DNA of 32,000 nt from Wolbachia endosymbiont of Onchocerca ochengi (GCF_000306885.1 NC_018267.1:840001-872000), one strand, 5' to 3'. Shown: positions 9,758-21,511, counted from the stretch's first letter. Program-made: numbers and translations. Notes: generated by a model not told the origin, from the letters alone.

Positions 9758-10346
9758 GCTTTTGGCGTAGTCAATTTATAAAAAAATACACGGTTTATTT
9801 TACTCACCTCAAAGGCATTTTGCAATTTATTATCAATTACGTTTCATAGAACTATTTTAAAAAGATTATAATAGATTAAGTCTTTGAAATATTATATGCT
9901 ACCATATCGTTTTCTCACATTTAGTAAACCTAAACCAATTTGGTTATATTATATCGACTTTCTATATAATCTAGAAAAGGATAAATAACTACTTTTTTTT
10001 AATAAAAATAATTAACTCTTAGTTATATAAATATTTATAAAACTTACTAAGTTAGAAAAGAAGGCAGGTGAGACCCTTTAGTAGCTCTCTCTAATTCTGT
10101 AAATTGGTATTCTATACTACCTTAAATGCTTCAAAAGCTCATTTCAGCTTATATAGATAAAACCTTAGAAAGGTTGTAAAAACATAAGGTACACATAATA
10201 CCAGGAATCAAACAGGATATCGATTACGTGATACTTTCATTATAATGATAAGAAAGCTAGCAAAACTTGTTAAGGAGTTTTTAGTGTTCTGTTTCTACAG
10301 CTACTTGAAACTTATTATGGAATGCTAAAGCTATGCAGACAAAGGC

Positions 10347-12806
10347 CTAATGCTTTAGTGTTTTTAACTCAGGAAAACTATCGCCTCTATTTTCTATAGA
10401 AGAAGATGGTGTGCTATTTCCAGTATTGCCTTCAATTGGAATGGTGGGTCGTATCAAAGCAACCTTTATGACCTCATCAATATTCTTGGCAAGAACTATA
10501 TTGATCTTTTCCTTAATCTTTGCTGGAATTTCTTGTATATCTTTCTCATTTTCGCTAGGTATAACTACAGTCTTAATTGATCCTCTGAGTGCTGCAAGTA
10601 ACTTTTCTCTTAAGCCTCCAATAGCTAAAACTCTACCACGTAATGTCACTTCACCTGTCATAGCAACACTTTTATCAACTGGTATGCTTGTCATAAGAGA
10701 AACAATAGACGTACATACTGCGCTACCAGCAGAAGGCCCATCCTTTGGCACAGCACCTTCAGGTATATGCAAATGTATATCGTTACTTTGAAATTTTTCA
10801 GGCTCTATACCAAAAAACAGACAATTTGAACGAACATAACTATATGCAGCTTTTATAGATTCCTGCATCACCTCTCCAAGTTTTCCTGTGTATTTTATTT
10901 CTCCCTTACCAGGAATCAGAACTGACTCTATCATTAAAATATCACCACCTGTTTCAGTATAAGCGAGTCCAGTTACCACACCTACTAAACTCTCATTTTC
11001 TGCAATACCAAAGGTATACTTACGTATTCCTAAATAATCTTGTAAATTGTCAACTCTTACAGATATTTCCCTACTTTTATCAGTTAATATCTTCTTAACC
11101 GCTTTCCTCATAAGCTTCGCAAGCTCCCTTTCCATACTACGCACGCCGCTTTCACGTGTGTATAAACGTATCAACTCATACAGTGCATCATCAGTTATAC
11201 TCCATTCCTTCTGACGTAAACCGTGCTCTTTTTTCAATTTAGGGATCAGATAATATCTAGCAATATTAATCTTTTCATCTTCAGTATAACCAGACAATTG
11301 TATAATTTCCATCCTATCACGCAAAGGATATGGCAAATTTAAGCTGTTAGCTGTAGCTACAAACATTACACTTGAAAGATCAAACTCAACTTCTAAATAA
11401 TGGTCTGTAAAGTGCTTATTGTGTTCTGTATCCAAAACTTCAAGCAACGCAGACGCAGGATCGTCACGCGAATCAGAGCCCATTTTATCTATCTCATCAA
11501 GTAAAAAGAGCGGGTTGCACGAATTAGCTTTTTTCATGTGTTGGATAATCTTGCCAGGCATAGAACCAATATATGTTTTTCTATGGCCACGTATTTCAGA
11601 TTCATCACGTACACCACCAAGAGCAATGCGAACAAAATCCCTACCTACCGCTCTTGCTATAGATTTAGCTAAAGAAGTTTTACCAACGCCAGGTGGTCCA
11701 ACTAGACAAAGTATAGGACCTTTTATCTCTTTTACTCTCTTCAATACTGCTAAAAATTCTATTATCCTATCTTTTACCTTCTCTATGCCATAATGATTCT
11801 CGTCTAAGATTTTCTTTGCTGCATTTAAGTTAATTTTTATATCTTTATGCTTTCCCCATGGCAGATCAAGCAACCAATACAGATAATTAGATATAACTGT
11901 AGCTTCAGGAGAAACAGGGTTCATTTTCCTATATCTCTTCAATTCAGTCATAGCTTTTTCTTTTGCTTCCTGAGAAAGCTTTGTTTCATTTATCTTTTTC
12001 TCAAATTCACTTACTGTGCTTCCTTCTTCTCCATTCTCAAATTCACCTAGTTCTTTCTGTATAGCTTTCAATTGTTCATTAAGATAGTAGGCTTTCTGAG
12101 TGCTCTCAACTTGTGATTTAATTGTTTTACACAAACGGTTTTGTGCATCCAAAATACTTATTTCTCTTTCAATAAAAGTAAAAGTTTTTCTTAAACGCTC
12201 TACTGTACTATAAGTCTCAAGTATGCTTTGTTTATCTGATGCTTTTACGTTTAAGTACGAAACTATCGTGTCTACAAGCTGATCAAGCTTTTTGATTTGT
12301 TCAATTGGACTAACAACAACTTCAGGATGATTTTTCTTATTTAGTTTACACCAGCTATCAAATGCGTTTATAACAGAGCGCCTCAAAGCCTCTAGATCAA
12401 CATTATCTTCATCATCTTCACACTCATAGTAACTACTCAACTCTACTTTAGCCTGTAATAAAGTATGAGAGTCGATATACTCTAAAACTCTTCCTCTGTT
12501 TACTCCTTGAACTACAACCTTTACTGCATTATCAGGTAGTCTTATTAATGATTGTACAATATTTGCTAGCACACCTACCTCATAAAGGTCTTGTGGTTCC
12601 GGGTTATCAATAGAACCATCTCGTTGTGTCACAAGGAAAATCTCATTTCGGCGACTACTATTATCAATAGCACACTCTAACGCATTGATAGATCTTTCCC
12701 TACCTATAAATAAAGGAACCATCATACTTGGAAAAACTACTACATCTCTTAAAGGCAATACTGGCAATGTAACAAAAACAGAGTCTACAGTACATTCAAC
12801 ACTCAT
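10347..12806 (-). CDS. lon: ATP-dependent protease La (Lon)
   Basis: 819 aa; LPVLPLRDVVVFP N-terminus, Walker A GPPGVGKTSLAK, proteolytic PKDGPSAGSAV with catalytic Ser, TGEVTLRGRVLAIGGLREKLLAA. Confidence 0.98.
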   Translation of the reverse strand: MSVECTVDSVFVTLPVLPLRDVVVFPSMMVPLFIGRERSINALECAIDNSSRRNEIFLVTQRDGSIDNPEPQDLYEVGVLANIVQSLIRLPDNAVKVVVQGVNRGRVLEYIDSHTLLQAKVELSSYYECEDDEDNVDLEALRRSVINAFDSWCKLNKKNHPEVVVSPIEQIKKLDQLVDTIVSYLNVKASDKQSILETYSTVERLRKTFTFIEREISILDAQNRLCKTIKSQVESTQKAYYLNEQLKAIQKELGEFENGEEGSTVSEFEKKINETKLSQEAKEKAMTELKRYRKMNPVSPEATVISNYLYWLLDLPWGKHKDIKINLNAAKKILDENHYGIEKVKDRIIEFLAVLKRVKEIKGPILCLVGPPGVGKTSLAKSIARAVGRDFVRIALGGVRDESEIRGHRKTYIGSMPGKIIQHMKKANSCNPLFLLDEIDKMGSDSRDDPASALLEVLDTEHNKHFTDHYLEVEFDLSSVMFVATANSLNLPYPLRDRMEIIQLSGYTEDEKINIARYYLIPKLKKEHGLRQKEWSITDDALYELIRLYTRESGVRSMERELAKLMRKAVKKILTDKSREISVRVDNLQDYLGIRKYTFGIAENESLVGVVTGLAYTETGGDILMIESVLIPGKGEIKYTGKLGEVMQESIKAAYSYVRSNCLFFGIEPEKFQSNDIHLHIPEGAVPKDGPSAGSAVCTSIVSLMTSIPVDKSVAMTGEVTLRGRVLAIGGLREKLLAALRGSIKTVVIPSENEKDIQEIPAKIKEKINIVLAKNIDEVIKVALIRPTIPIEGNTGNSTPSSSIENRGDSFPELKTLKH

Positions 12807-12820
12807 AACACTACCCCAAA

Positions 12821-14098
12821 CTAATCATTAACTGTTATAATAGTACCTTTATTACTACGATTAATCACTGCTTTTCCTAGCTCTACCATTTCTTTAGTAA
12901 TCACTATTGTACTACCTTCAAGACCTCCATTTCCAGCTGTATACATAACATCAAGCAAAAGTGACTCTAAAATAGCACGCAACATTCTTGCACCTGTCTT
13001 ATAACTCATAGCCTTTTCAGCAATAGCTGATATTGCTTCATCTGTAAACTCAAGGGTTACTTTGCTAAATGCAAGTAATGCCTTGTACTGTTTTATTAGT
13101 GCATTTCTTGGCTCTATTAGTACATGTACTAAATCTTCATGATCTAACTCATCTAAAACAGCAGTTATTTGAACCCGCCCTACAAACTCCGGTATTAAAC
13201 CAAATTTGATCAAATCTTCAGGTTGAACATCATGTAAAACATTCTTTTTCCTTTGCTCCCTAGAATGACTGATATCCGCTCCAAAGCCAACTGATGTTCC
13301 TCTTTTCCTTGCTTCAATAATTTTATCTAGACCTTCAAAAGCTCCTCCACAGATAAACAATATATTATTAGTATCCACTTGTATAAGTTCTTGTTGTGGA
13401 TGTTTACGTCCCCCATGCGGTGGAACATAAGCAACTGTACCTTCCATAATCTTAAGCAGAGCTTGCTGCACTCCTTCACCTGAAACATCACGCGTTATTG
13501 AAGTGCTTTCAGATTTCCTTGTAATTTTATCTATTTCATCTATAAATACTATACCACGCTGCGCTTTTGTAACATCATAGTTTGCAGCTTGCAACAAACG
13601 TGACAACACACTTTCTACATCATCGCCTACATAACCTGCTTCCGTTAAAGTTGTCGCATCAGCCATAGCAAACGGCACATCCGAGACTTTAGCAAGTGTC
13701 TTAGCTAACAAAGTTTTACCAGAACCAGTGGGACCAATGAGCATTACATTCGATTTCTCAATCTCAATGTCACTTATAGAGTGAATTTGTGCCATGGATT
13801 GACAATGGTTATACATAGCCACAGACAAAACATGTTGTGCATGCTCTTGACCCACAACATGTTTGCTAAGAAAATTTTTTATGTCCTCAGGTTTCTTTAA
13901 TAATAACTTCACATCAGACATATAATCTGAATTAAAAGGCCCTCCTTTTTTTTGGCTTATTGCCTTATGAGATAACTCTATGCACTCATTACAAATAAAC
14001 ACTTTTAAGCCATCTGAAGAATTAGTAATTAATTTATCTACTTCATTTTGTGCTTTATTACAAAAAGAACAACGGTGTAAATTATTATTATAATCCAT
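12821..14098 (-). CDS. clpX: ATP-dependent Clp protease ATP-binding subunit ClpX
   Basis: 425 aa; N-terminal C4 zinc motif (CSFCNKAQ...CNEC), [49 protein letters not shown]. Confidence 0.98.
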   Translation of the reverse strand: MDYNNNLHRCSFCNKAQNEVDKLITNSSDGLKVFICNECIELSHKAISQKKGGPFNSDYMSDVKLLLKKPEDIKNFLSKHVVGQEHAQHVLSVAMYNHCQSMAQIHSISDIEIEKSNVMLIGPTGSGKTLLAKTLAKVSDVPFAMADATTLTEAGYVGDDVESVLSRLLQAANYDVTKAQRGIVFIDEIDKITRKSESTSITRDVSGEGVQQALLKIMEGTVAYVPPHGGRKHPQQELIQVDTNNILFICGGAFEGLDKIIEARKRGTSVGFGADISHSREQRKKNVLHDVQPEDLIKFGLIPEFVGRVQITAVLDELDHEDLVHVLIEPRNALIKQYKALLAFSKVTLEFTDEAISAIAEKAMSYKTGARMLRAILESLLLDVMYTAGNGGLEGSTIVITKEMVELGKAVINRSNKGTIITVND

Positions 14099-14109
14099 TA
14101 ATTCACCCT

Positions 14110-14709
14110 CTACTCAACTTTAATATCTTCACGCTCAGCCATTACTTTATCAACCAATCCAATTTTCTTGGCTTCTTCAGAATCCATGAATTTATCTCTC
14201 TCCATCATTTCTTCAATTTTCTTTAGTGAATTTCCAGTATGTTTTTCATAGATCTGATTCAGCTTCTTCTTAACTCGTAGAATCTCATTAGCATGTATTT
14301 CTATGTCGGTTGCTTGACCCTGATAACCACCAGATGGTTGATGTATCATAATTCTTGAATGTGGCAAAGAATAACGCTTACCTTTTGTACCAGCTGCAAG
14401 TAGTAAAGAACCCATAGATGCAGCTTGACCTATACACAAAGTCGAAACATCAGGCTTTATATACTGCATTGTATCATAGATCGATAAACCAGCAGTTACA
14501 ATACCACCTGGCGAGTTAATATACATATAAATATCCTTGTCAGGGTTTTCTGACTCCAAAAATAAAAGCTGTGCCACTATTACACTAGCCATGCTGTCTT
14601 CAATAGGCCCAGTCACAAAAATTATTCTTTCTTTCACTAATCTCGAATATATGTCATAAGCACGCTCACCACGACTAGTTTGTTCAATTACAATTGGTAT
14701 AAGAGTCAT
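14110..14709 (-). CDS. clpP: ATP-dependent Clp protease proteolytic subunit
   Basis: [29 protein letters not shown]..., [26 protein letters not shown]. The track ORF begins at 14733, but a GAGAAGGG RBS precedes the Met at 14709. Confidence 0.97.
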   Translation of the reverse strand: MTLIPIVIEQTSRGERAYDIYSRLVKERIIFVTGPIEDSMASVIVAQLLFLESENPDKDIYMYINSPGGIVTAGLSIYDTMQYIKPDVSTLCIGQAASMGSLLLAAGTKGKRYSLPHSRIMIHQPSGGYQGQATDIEIHANEILRVKKKLNQIYEKHTGNSLKKIEEMMERDKFMDSEEAKKIGLVDKVMAEREDIKVE

Positions 14710-14719
14710 ACCCTTCTCA

Positions 14720-16063
14720 CTAGATATTATCAAACAATTCCTTTAATTCTTTTACAGAAACAACTTGCTCTTTTTTATTAACCTTTTCCATTATATAATC
14801 TGTAACTTTATGCTCAAGAGCTTGTCCTTTAACCAACCATTGAAACTGCCTGTTTGACCTAAAATGCTTCACTATTTTATCAAACGGCATATTTTTATTA
14901 ACATACTGATTCATAACAACATTCAGAATATCATTCTGAGTTAACGATATTTTATGTTCTGTACTAAACTTCATAAATAACACTGCAAGCTTTACACGCC
15001 TTTCAGCCTCTTTACAAGAATCGTCCCCAGAGTCCAATTCCTTTTTTACTCTCTGTTGTTCCTGTTTCACCACTTCCGTAGGTAACCCGAAGCTATAACC
15101 AGCATCTAAACAATCAAACAGCTCTTTTTTAATCAATAGATCTCCCATCTCTTTACACTGATCACTAATTACTTTTTTAGCATATTTTTTTAGTAACGAA
15201 TAATTTTCAAAACCCATTTTTTTAGCTATTTCATCATTACTTCTAAAACCTCGAATAATTTGAATATCATTAACTAGAACAGAAAAATTACTTTCCTGTC
15301 CTGCAAGAGAAATTACTTGGTAATCTTCAGGAAATTTTAACTTAAAGCTTTTTGTTTCTCCTTTTCTCATACCAATCAATTGATCCTCAAAACCATTAAT
15401 AAATGTTCCGGAACCTAAAATCACCTTAAAGTTCTTATCACTTCCACCTCTAAAAAGCTTATTTCTAATTCGCCCTTTAAAGTCAATTATTAATTTATCT
15501 CCATTTTTTGCCTGATAAGAAACATCATTAACAGAGACAAAATCAGGAAATTTTGCCTTTATAGAGGCAATAAATTCTCTTATGTCTTCCTCTTCGATTT
15601 TTGCCTCAATTCTCTTCAAATTTATTTTATCAAGATCTATCAATGGTACCTCTGGCATTGACTCAAAAGATAGTTTATATACAAAACTGTCCTTTTCATC
15701 TTTTTTGTCTAGATTTGGTAATGATATAATATCAATTTTAGGATAAACATGAGATTTAACTCCAATTTTTTCCATCAAATCAGTAGAGCAATAGTCAATC
15801 GTATTGTTTACTACATATTCTAAAGCTTCGCTTTTATAATTCGTAACAACGAGATCATAAGGCATCTTGCCAGACCGAAATCCAGGCAATTTTGCACTTT
15901 TAGCTATTTCTTGTAATCTAAAACCCATTTTCTGTCTTATACAATCACTACTTACCGTAATTTCATACTCATGCTTAAGTTTATCTATACCTAATTCTCT
16001 ATAAGTATAAATACTATCTGATACACCTATTTTAACTGTACTTTGAGGTATACTATTAGACAT
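14720..16063 (-). CDS. tig: Trigger factor (peptidyl-prolyl isomerase chaperone)
   Basis: 447 aa; [17 protein letters not shown]...[17 protein letters not shown] ribosome-binding domain, [13 protein letters not shown]...[18 protein letters not shown] PPIase-like region, upstream of clpP. Confidence 0.95.
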   Translation of the reverse strand: MSNSIPQSTVKIGVSDSIYTYRELGIDKLKHEYEITVSSDCIRQKMGFRLQEIAKSAKLPGFRSGKMPYDLVVTNYKSEALEYVVNNTIDYCSTDLMEKIGVKSHVYPKIDIISLPNLDKKDEKDSFVYKLSFESMPEVPLIDLDKINLKRIEAKIEEEDIREFIASIKAKFPDFVSVNDVSYQAKNGDKLIIDFKGRIRNKLFRGGSDKNFKVILGSGTFINGFEDQLIGMRKGETKSFKLKFPEDYQVISLAGQESNFSVLVNDIQIIRGFRSNDEIAKKMGFENYSLLKKYAKKVISDQCKEMGDLLIKKELFDCLDAGYSFGLPTEVVKQEQQRVKKELDSGDDSCKEAERRVKLAVLFMKFSTEHKISLTQNDILNVVMNQYVNKNMPFDKIVKHFRSNRQFQWLVKGQALEHKVTDYIMEKVNKKEQVVSVKELKELFDNI

Positions 16064-16214
16064 TATAACCTACTTACAAGTATTTTAATTCACACCTTAA
16101 CAAAGTTATTTTATCAGGATTTAAGTTAAATACAATCTTTAAGAACAGATTTTTTATAGAAACAAAAGCATATTTAGTGATTATAAACTTTTTTTAGAAT
16201 CTAAGTTATGTAAG

Positions 16215-16296
16215 TGCGGATAGAGGGACTTGAACCCCCATGAACAAGATCACCAAGACCTAAACCTGGCACGTCTACCAATTCCGCCATATCCGC
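16215..16296 (-). tRNA. tRNA-Leu, anticodon UAG
   Basis: Minus strand GCGGATATGGCGGAATTGGTAGACGTGCCAGGTTTAGGTCTTGGTGATCTTGTTCATGGGGGTTCAAGTCCCTCTATCCGCA. Acceptor pairs GCGGATA/TATCCGC, anticodon stem CCAGG/CTTGG with loop TTTAGGT, variable arm and T arm GGGGGTTCAAGTCCCTC; no encoded CCA. Confidence 0.95.
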
Positions 16297-16588
16297 AAAA
16301 ATTTTCCAGTAACTTATAGCTACACCACAAATCTATTTCTATTACCTTATGATAGAACTCATCTTGAAGATTATACCCAGTGTCACAAAGTTAGAATAAC
16401 GACCTTATAATACTCTAATCAATTCCACTTATCAATCTACTTAAGCAAACCTAAATTACTTCAAACTAACATTATAGTACTACATTAAAATACTCAAGAT
16501 CTAAAATCTTACTCAATTATGGTATTTACATAATCAAAAAAGCTTATTAATATCTTTTAACAAAAACTCTAAACCCTGAAAATCAATA

Positions 16589-17182
16589 ATGAGACTGATA
16601 GCAAATTTTTTACTTGCAATCTTTCTGATTACACAAAGTGGATGCACAACCCTTATAATAAGTGGTGTAGTAGCTACTACAGCGACAGCAGTAGCAATGC
16701 AAGATAAATCTTTAGGAAATATTGTCGACGATACAACTATAATAATCAGAATCAATAAGGAGCTCTTAAAGCATGGATTATTTTCACCTATAAAAGTTAA
16801 AGTAAGTGAAGGAAGAGTACTGCTTATTGGGAATGTCGATACGCCCGAAAAACAACTTACAGCAGAAAAAATAGCTTGGCAGGAAAAAGAAGTTAAAGAG
16901 GTAATAAATGAAATAAGGGTAACACCAATTCAAACAATTTCCATACTTGACTCTATTATAGATGGTATGATAACAGCAGAAATAAGAACAAGGTTTTTAG
17001 GGAAAAGAAATATCAAATCAATTAATTACAGTGTTAACACAGTTGATGGAACTGTTTATTTAATGGGTATAGCTCAGAATAAAGCAGAACTAAAAGCCGT
17101 AATAGCAATTGCAAGAAAAGTTAAAGGAGTAAAGCAAGTTGTAAGTTATGTACGTCATAGACATAGCAAGTTACGACGTTAA
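16589..17182 (+). CDS. BON-domain (OsmY-like) envelope protein, putative lipoprotein
   Basis: 197 aa; hydrophobic signal ending ITQSGC, then two BON-like repeats (LLIGNVDTPEKQLTAEKIAWQEKEVKEVINEI and VYLMGIAQNKAELKAVIAIARKVKGVKQVVSYV). Confidence 0.85.
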   Translation: MRLIANFLLAIFLITQSGCTTLIISGVVATTATAVAMQDKSLGNIVDDTTIIIRINKELLKHGLFSPIKVKVSEGRVLLIGNVDTPEKQLTAEKIAWQEKEVKEVINEIRVTPIQTISILDSIIDGMITAEIRTRFLGKRNIKSINYSVNTVDGTVYLMGIAQNKAELKAVIAIARKVKGVKQVVSYVRHRHSKLRR

Positions 17183-17231
17183 TGGAAGCTTAGTTTTTAA
17201 ATGGTAGTTTTATTTTAAAAAAAATATATAA

Positions 17232-18170
17232 ATGAGAGTTGCTTTTCAAATGGATGAAAATATAAACTTTGAAACTGATACTACATTTGCACTAATAAAG
17301 GAAGCACAAAGGAGAAAGCACGAAATTTTCATTTATGTTCCTAATAATTTAGCATTAAATCTAAACCAGCCAATCGCTCTTGCTCAGAAAGTTAGTGCTG
17401 ATGATTCTGGTTTTACCTCTAGAAAAGACGTAATAATTAACTTAAATGAAATAGAAATCATATTTATTAGACAGAATCCACCTTTTGATATGCGTTACAT
17501 TACAACCACTTATATTTTAGAGAAAGCCAGTGCTTTAGTAATAAACAATCCAACAGAGATAAGAAATTGTCCTGAAAAATTAATCACCTCATTATTTCCA
17601 GAATTAACTTTGCCGACTTTAATCACTGAAAATACATCAATGATTAGGAATTTTTACCATAATCATGACAAAAATATTGTTCTGAAGCCATTGTATAGCT
17701 ATGGAGGAAACGACGTAATGAGAGTAAGAGATGAAAGTAATATTCAAATAATACTGGAACTAATGATTTCAAAATATAAATGCCCTATAATTGCGCAAGC
17801 ATTTTGTAAGAATATAGATAAAGATAAAAGAATATTATTACTGGATGGCGAACCAATTGGAGCAATGAAACGAGTCCCAAGAGTCAGTGAAGAAATCAGA
17901 ACAAACTTACAACTTGGAGCAAGTTTTCTACCAGCTGAAATGAGTGACAGAGATAATGAAATTTGTAATAAAATTGGCCCTGAACTAAAGAAAAGAGGGT
18001 TAATATTCGTTGGCATTGACATTATAGATAATTTTCTCCTTGAAATTAACACAACCTCACCTACAGGCGTAGTTTACATCAATAAGCTATATAATATAGC
18101 ATTAGAAAAAAAACTATGGGATACATTTGAAGAAAAAGCAAGCATCCATACTCGTCATCAAAATCTTTGA
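17232..18170 (+). CDS. gshB: Glutathione synthetase
   Basis: 312 aa; MRVAFQMDENINFETDTTFALIKEAQRRKHEIFIY, FIRQNPPFDMRYITTTYILE, NNPTEIRNCPEKL, VLKPLYSYGGNDVMR, GLIFVGIDIIDNFLLEINTTSPTG. Confidence 0.95.
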   Translation: MRVAFQMDENINFETDTTFALIKEAQRRKHEIFIYVPNNLALNLNQPIALAQKVSADDSGFTSRKDVIINLNEIEIIFIRQNPPFDMRYITTTYILEKASALVINNPTEIRNCPEKLITSLFPELTLPTLITENTSMIRNFYHNHDKNIVLKPLYSYGGNDVMRVRDESNIQIILELMISKYKCPIIAQAFCKNIDKDKRILLLDGEPIGAMKRVPRVSEEIRTNLQLGASFLPAEMSDRDNEICNKIGPELKKRGLIFVGIDIIDNFLLEINTTSPTGVVYINKLYNIALEKKLWDTFEEKASIHTRHQNL

Positions 18171-19207
18171 GCTATTATCTTAATAAATTCATCAACTCCA
18201 TTTTTTATTCTTGCTTTTTTAGTATTATTAGCCATATCACTCAATTTTTGAGAATTTCCTAATAAATCAACTAGTAACTCTCTTAGATTTCTTTTCGTTT
18301 CACTATCTTGCTCAATTATCACAGCTGCTCCTAAATTCTCAATATATTTTGCGTTGTAAAATTGATGACCATCTTTTGAGTAGGGGTAAGGAATATATAT
18401 AGCAGGACGCTTAGCAAGAGTGATCTCTGCTATTGAAGTTGCCCCTGCTCTGCTAATTACCAAATGAGTACTTGCTAATCTACTTTCTATGTCATCGAAA
18501 AACTCACTTAACTCATTACTGACTTTTTCACTTTCGTACAAGTCTTTGACCTTACTGATATTTTTTTTCGTACATTGCTGCGTTACTCTAAGCTTCTCTT
18601 TCACTTTAATAGGCAAATTACAAACTACGTCACTTATTACATCATCAAAAAAACTTGCACCCTGACTAGCTGCTATCACTAATATATTCAAGTTCTCTTC
18701 AGAATGAATGTGATAATAGCCCTGCGCTTTTATATAAACAAAATTTCCTGTAAAAATACATCTATTGTTCTCTACATATTTAGTTTCCGGAAAGCTAGTT
18801 GCGATCAACTCTGCACCATTGAGAAAAAATCTATTTACTCTTCCTAAAACTGTATTTTGTTCATGTAAAATTATAGGTATAGAGAGAATTTTTGCAGCAA
18901 GAAGAGTTGGAAAAGAGGCATAGCTACCAAAACCAACAACTAGCTTTGGCTTTAGTTTTTTCATTTGATACAGTGCTAGCACAAAGCTATATGTTAACAA
19001 AAAGAAAAATTTAAATCTATTATTACTTGGCCTACATAATGGCAGGGTATAGCTTTCTATATCTGTATTTTTATCTATTTTTTTATTAGTAAACAATATA
19101 CAACTGTACCCTTGCAATTTTAGTGCTTTCGCCAAGGTCATAGCCGGGAAAATGTGTCCACCTGTTCCGCCTGTTGCGAGGATAACATCCATCTGTGTAT
19201 AGTACAT
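18158..19207 (-). CDS. murG: UDP-N-acetylglucosamine--LPS N-acetylglucosamine transferase (MurG, lipid II synthesis)
   Basis: MDVILATGGTGGHIFPAMTLA, LVVGFGSYASFPTLLAA, HEQNTVLGRVNRF, VISRAGATSIAEI. Start either 19207 or the internal Met at 19192, which matches the usual MurG N-terminus. Confidence 0.96.
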   Translation of the reverse strand: MYYTQMDVILATGGTGGHIFPAMTLAKALKLQGYSCILFTNKKIDKNTDIESYTLPLCRPSNNRFKFFFLLTYSFVLALYQMKKLKPKLVVGFGSYASFPTLLAAKILSIPIILHEQNTVLGRVNRFFLNGAELIATSFPETKYVENNRCIFTGNFVYIKAQGYYHIHSEENLNILVIAASQGASFFDDVISDVVCNLPIKVKEKLRVTQQCTKKNISKVKDLYESEKVSNELSEFFDDIESRLASTHLVISRAGATSIAEITLAKRPAIYIPYPYSKDGHQFYNAKYIENLGAAVIIEQDSETKRNLRELLVDLLGNSQKLSDMANNTKKARIKNGVDEFIKIIAQRF

Positions 19208-19658
19208 TGATACTAGATTATTAACTATTATTTAATAATTTGCACGTAGAATTTTATTAGGCTTTATAATAGAAAAATAGGAAGAAAAGTACTTAGCAAC
19301 AATAGTAAAAAAGAAATTAACAAAAAAGTAAACCTCAAGAATAGAAGACAAAACGGAGAAGATTTATCGGATTGCTAAAAACACAATAAAAGTATCTTTA
19401 ATTTAGATGTTGATCTACTCAGTAAGAACAGCGTAATAAAAATGGAAAACACTAACTGGAGTAACAAGATTTAGATAATACAGGAAAAAGCTCAGGAATA
19501 TCTTAATCTAAAGATAAAGCTTAAAGTGAAACTAGCATAGCTAAAGAGCTAAAAGAAAGACGATAGAGATCTAATTCTGATAATCAATCAGTCATAACTA
19601 AAGTACATAAAAATCTTTCGTTCAAGGACTTTCACCTTTAAAGCAACAGAACGTTAAC

Positions 19659-21044
19659 TCAACTATTCAGCGACTCATTATCTGCAGCAAGTACTGACTC
19701 ATGCATCATTTCCGAAATAGTTGGGTGAGGAAAAATCGTAGATTTTATATCAAGATCTGTTACTTCTATCTGCTTTGCAAGGACAAAACTGCTAATTAAC
19801 TCTGTTACTTCTGCTCCTAACAGGTGAGCTCCAAGGAGCTCACCTGTTCTTTTATCTATCACTGTTTTCACTAACCCATCAGTCTCACCGAGCACAATAG
19901 ATTTACTACTAAAATCAGAATGAAATTTTCCTATCTTTATATCATATCCATCTTTGATTGCTTGTTCTTCAGTTAGACCAACACTCGCTATTTGCGGATA
20001 AGAGTAAGTACAATTTGGTACGCACTCTTTTTTTAATACGTGGACATCTTTACCAGCAATCTTCTCAACGCAGACCATAGCTTCACGACTTGCTTTATGC
20101 GCTAGACATGGCGGGCCAGCTACATCACCTATTGCATATACATTCGGTTCACACGTTTCATACCATTCATTTGTTTCAATAAAGCCAGAAGAACTTAATT
20201 TAACTTTTGTATTCTCTAAACCTATATTTTCAGTATTTGCCTGAACGCCAACTGCAACAATTACTCTATCGAATTCTTTGTTTTTACCGCTACTTAGCTG
20301 CACTTGAACAGAGCCTTTATTTTTAGTTATAGTCTTTACACTATTGTTTGTATATATTTTTATTCCCTGTCTCATAAATATTTCTTGTGCTAAACCTGAA
20401 ATATCCTTATCTTCTAACGGTAAAATAGTGTTTTTTACTTCTATAATTGAGACATCAACTCCTAAAGTACTACAGAAACTCGCAAATTCTATCCCAATTG
20501 CACCAGATCCTATAATTAACAACGATTTTGGTAACTTGTCTAGAGCTATAGCATGCTGAGCATTCCATATTAAGTCTCCATCTACTTCTACTCCAGGCAG
20601 ATTTCGTGCTCTTACACCTGTTGCTAAAATAATACGCTTAGAAGAAATCTTGTGTTCTCCATCACCACTAGAAATCTTTATAGTACGATTACCTACAAGT
20701 TTACCAAAACCCTGATAGACTTTTATATTATTTTTTCTCATTAAATATGCAATACCGCTCGACAGTTTATCAACAATATTTTTTGAGTATTTCACTATTG
20801 ATTGTATATCAAAACTCACATCCTTCACTTTTATACCAAATTCCTCCGCTCTTTTTATGAGCCTATAGGCTTCGGATGCCCTAAGTAACGATTTTGTCGG
20901 TATACATCCCCAATTTAAGCATATACCACCTAAATTTTTTTCTTTTTCAATAACTGCAGTTTTAAACCCAAGCTGCACCGCTCTAATTGCCGCTATATAG
21001 CCGCCAGGGCCACCACCTACAACTGCTATATCATATTCATCCAC
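19659..21044 (-). CDS. lpdA: Dihydrolipoamide dehydrogenase (E3)
   Basis: 461 aa; VVGGGPGGYIAAIRAVQLG, redox-active GGICLNWGCIPTKSLL, C-terminal HPTISEMMHESVL. Confidence 0.96.
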   Translation of the reverse strand: MDEYDIAVVGGGPGGYIAAIRAVQLGFKTAVIEKEKNLGGICLNWGCIPTKSLLRASEAYRLIKRAEEFGIKVKDVSFDIQSIVKYSKNIVDKLSSGIAYLMRKNNIKVYQGFGKLVGNRTIKISSGDGEHKISSKRIILATGVRARNLPGVEVDGDLIWNAQHAIALDKLPKSLLIIGSGAIGIEFASFCSTLGVDVSIIEVKNTILPLEDKDISGLAQEIFMRQGIKIYTNNSVKTITKNKGSVQVQLSSGKNKEFDRVIVAVGVQANTENIGLENTKVKLSSSGFIETNEWYETCEPNVYAIGDVAGPPCLAHKASREAMVCVEKIAGKDVHVLKKECVPNCTYSYPQIASVGLTEEQAIKDGYDIKIGKFHSDFSSKSIVLGETDGLVKTVIDKRTGELLGAHLLGAEVTELISSFVLAKQIEVTDLDIKSTIFPHPTISEMMHESVLAADNESLNS

Positions 21045-21511
21045 TGTTTTTTCATATTCAAAGATTATGTATAGCAGATGAAACCAGTGTAATCAATGGC
21101 GTCACTTTCTACCGTCCAAATAACTAATTAGTATTCAGATTCCTTCAGTTATAAGAGCAGAATTAAAAACTGCTGAAATAAACTCCGCCAGTCTCTTTAT
21201 CATGATAACAAGAGCATTTAGTTATCTTTAATCTGAATAAATTGAACAACGAAAGTATTACATAGCTGTGTCTTACATCTAATTTTATATGCTATATATA
21301 CTTTATATCTAGTTTCAGGATTTTATTATATAATTTGAAGCATACTTATAAAGTAGTTAAGACAGTATAGAACATCAGATTACAAGATTAGAAAATAATT
21401 AACTATTACGAGATTTCTCTTATCTTCTTTCTTTATTTAATAAATCTCTTAATATATATAGTTAATAATTATATAAACGTTGAAATTACAAAATCAATCC
21501 CTACTAATAAG

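Noticed and set aside
10411-12050. Track ORFs on + strand (10411-10791, 11419-11793, 11847-12050)
   Set aside because: All lie antisense within lon, whose minus-strand frame is fully coding; these are shadow ORFs.
16534-20559. Track ORFs 16534-16755 (-), 17744-18052 (-), 20344-20559 (+)
   Set aside because: Antisense to the BON-domain gene, gshB and lpdA respectively; shadow ORFs.
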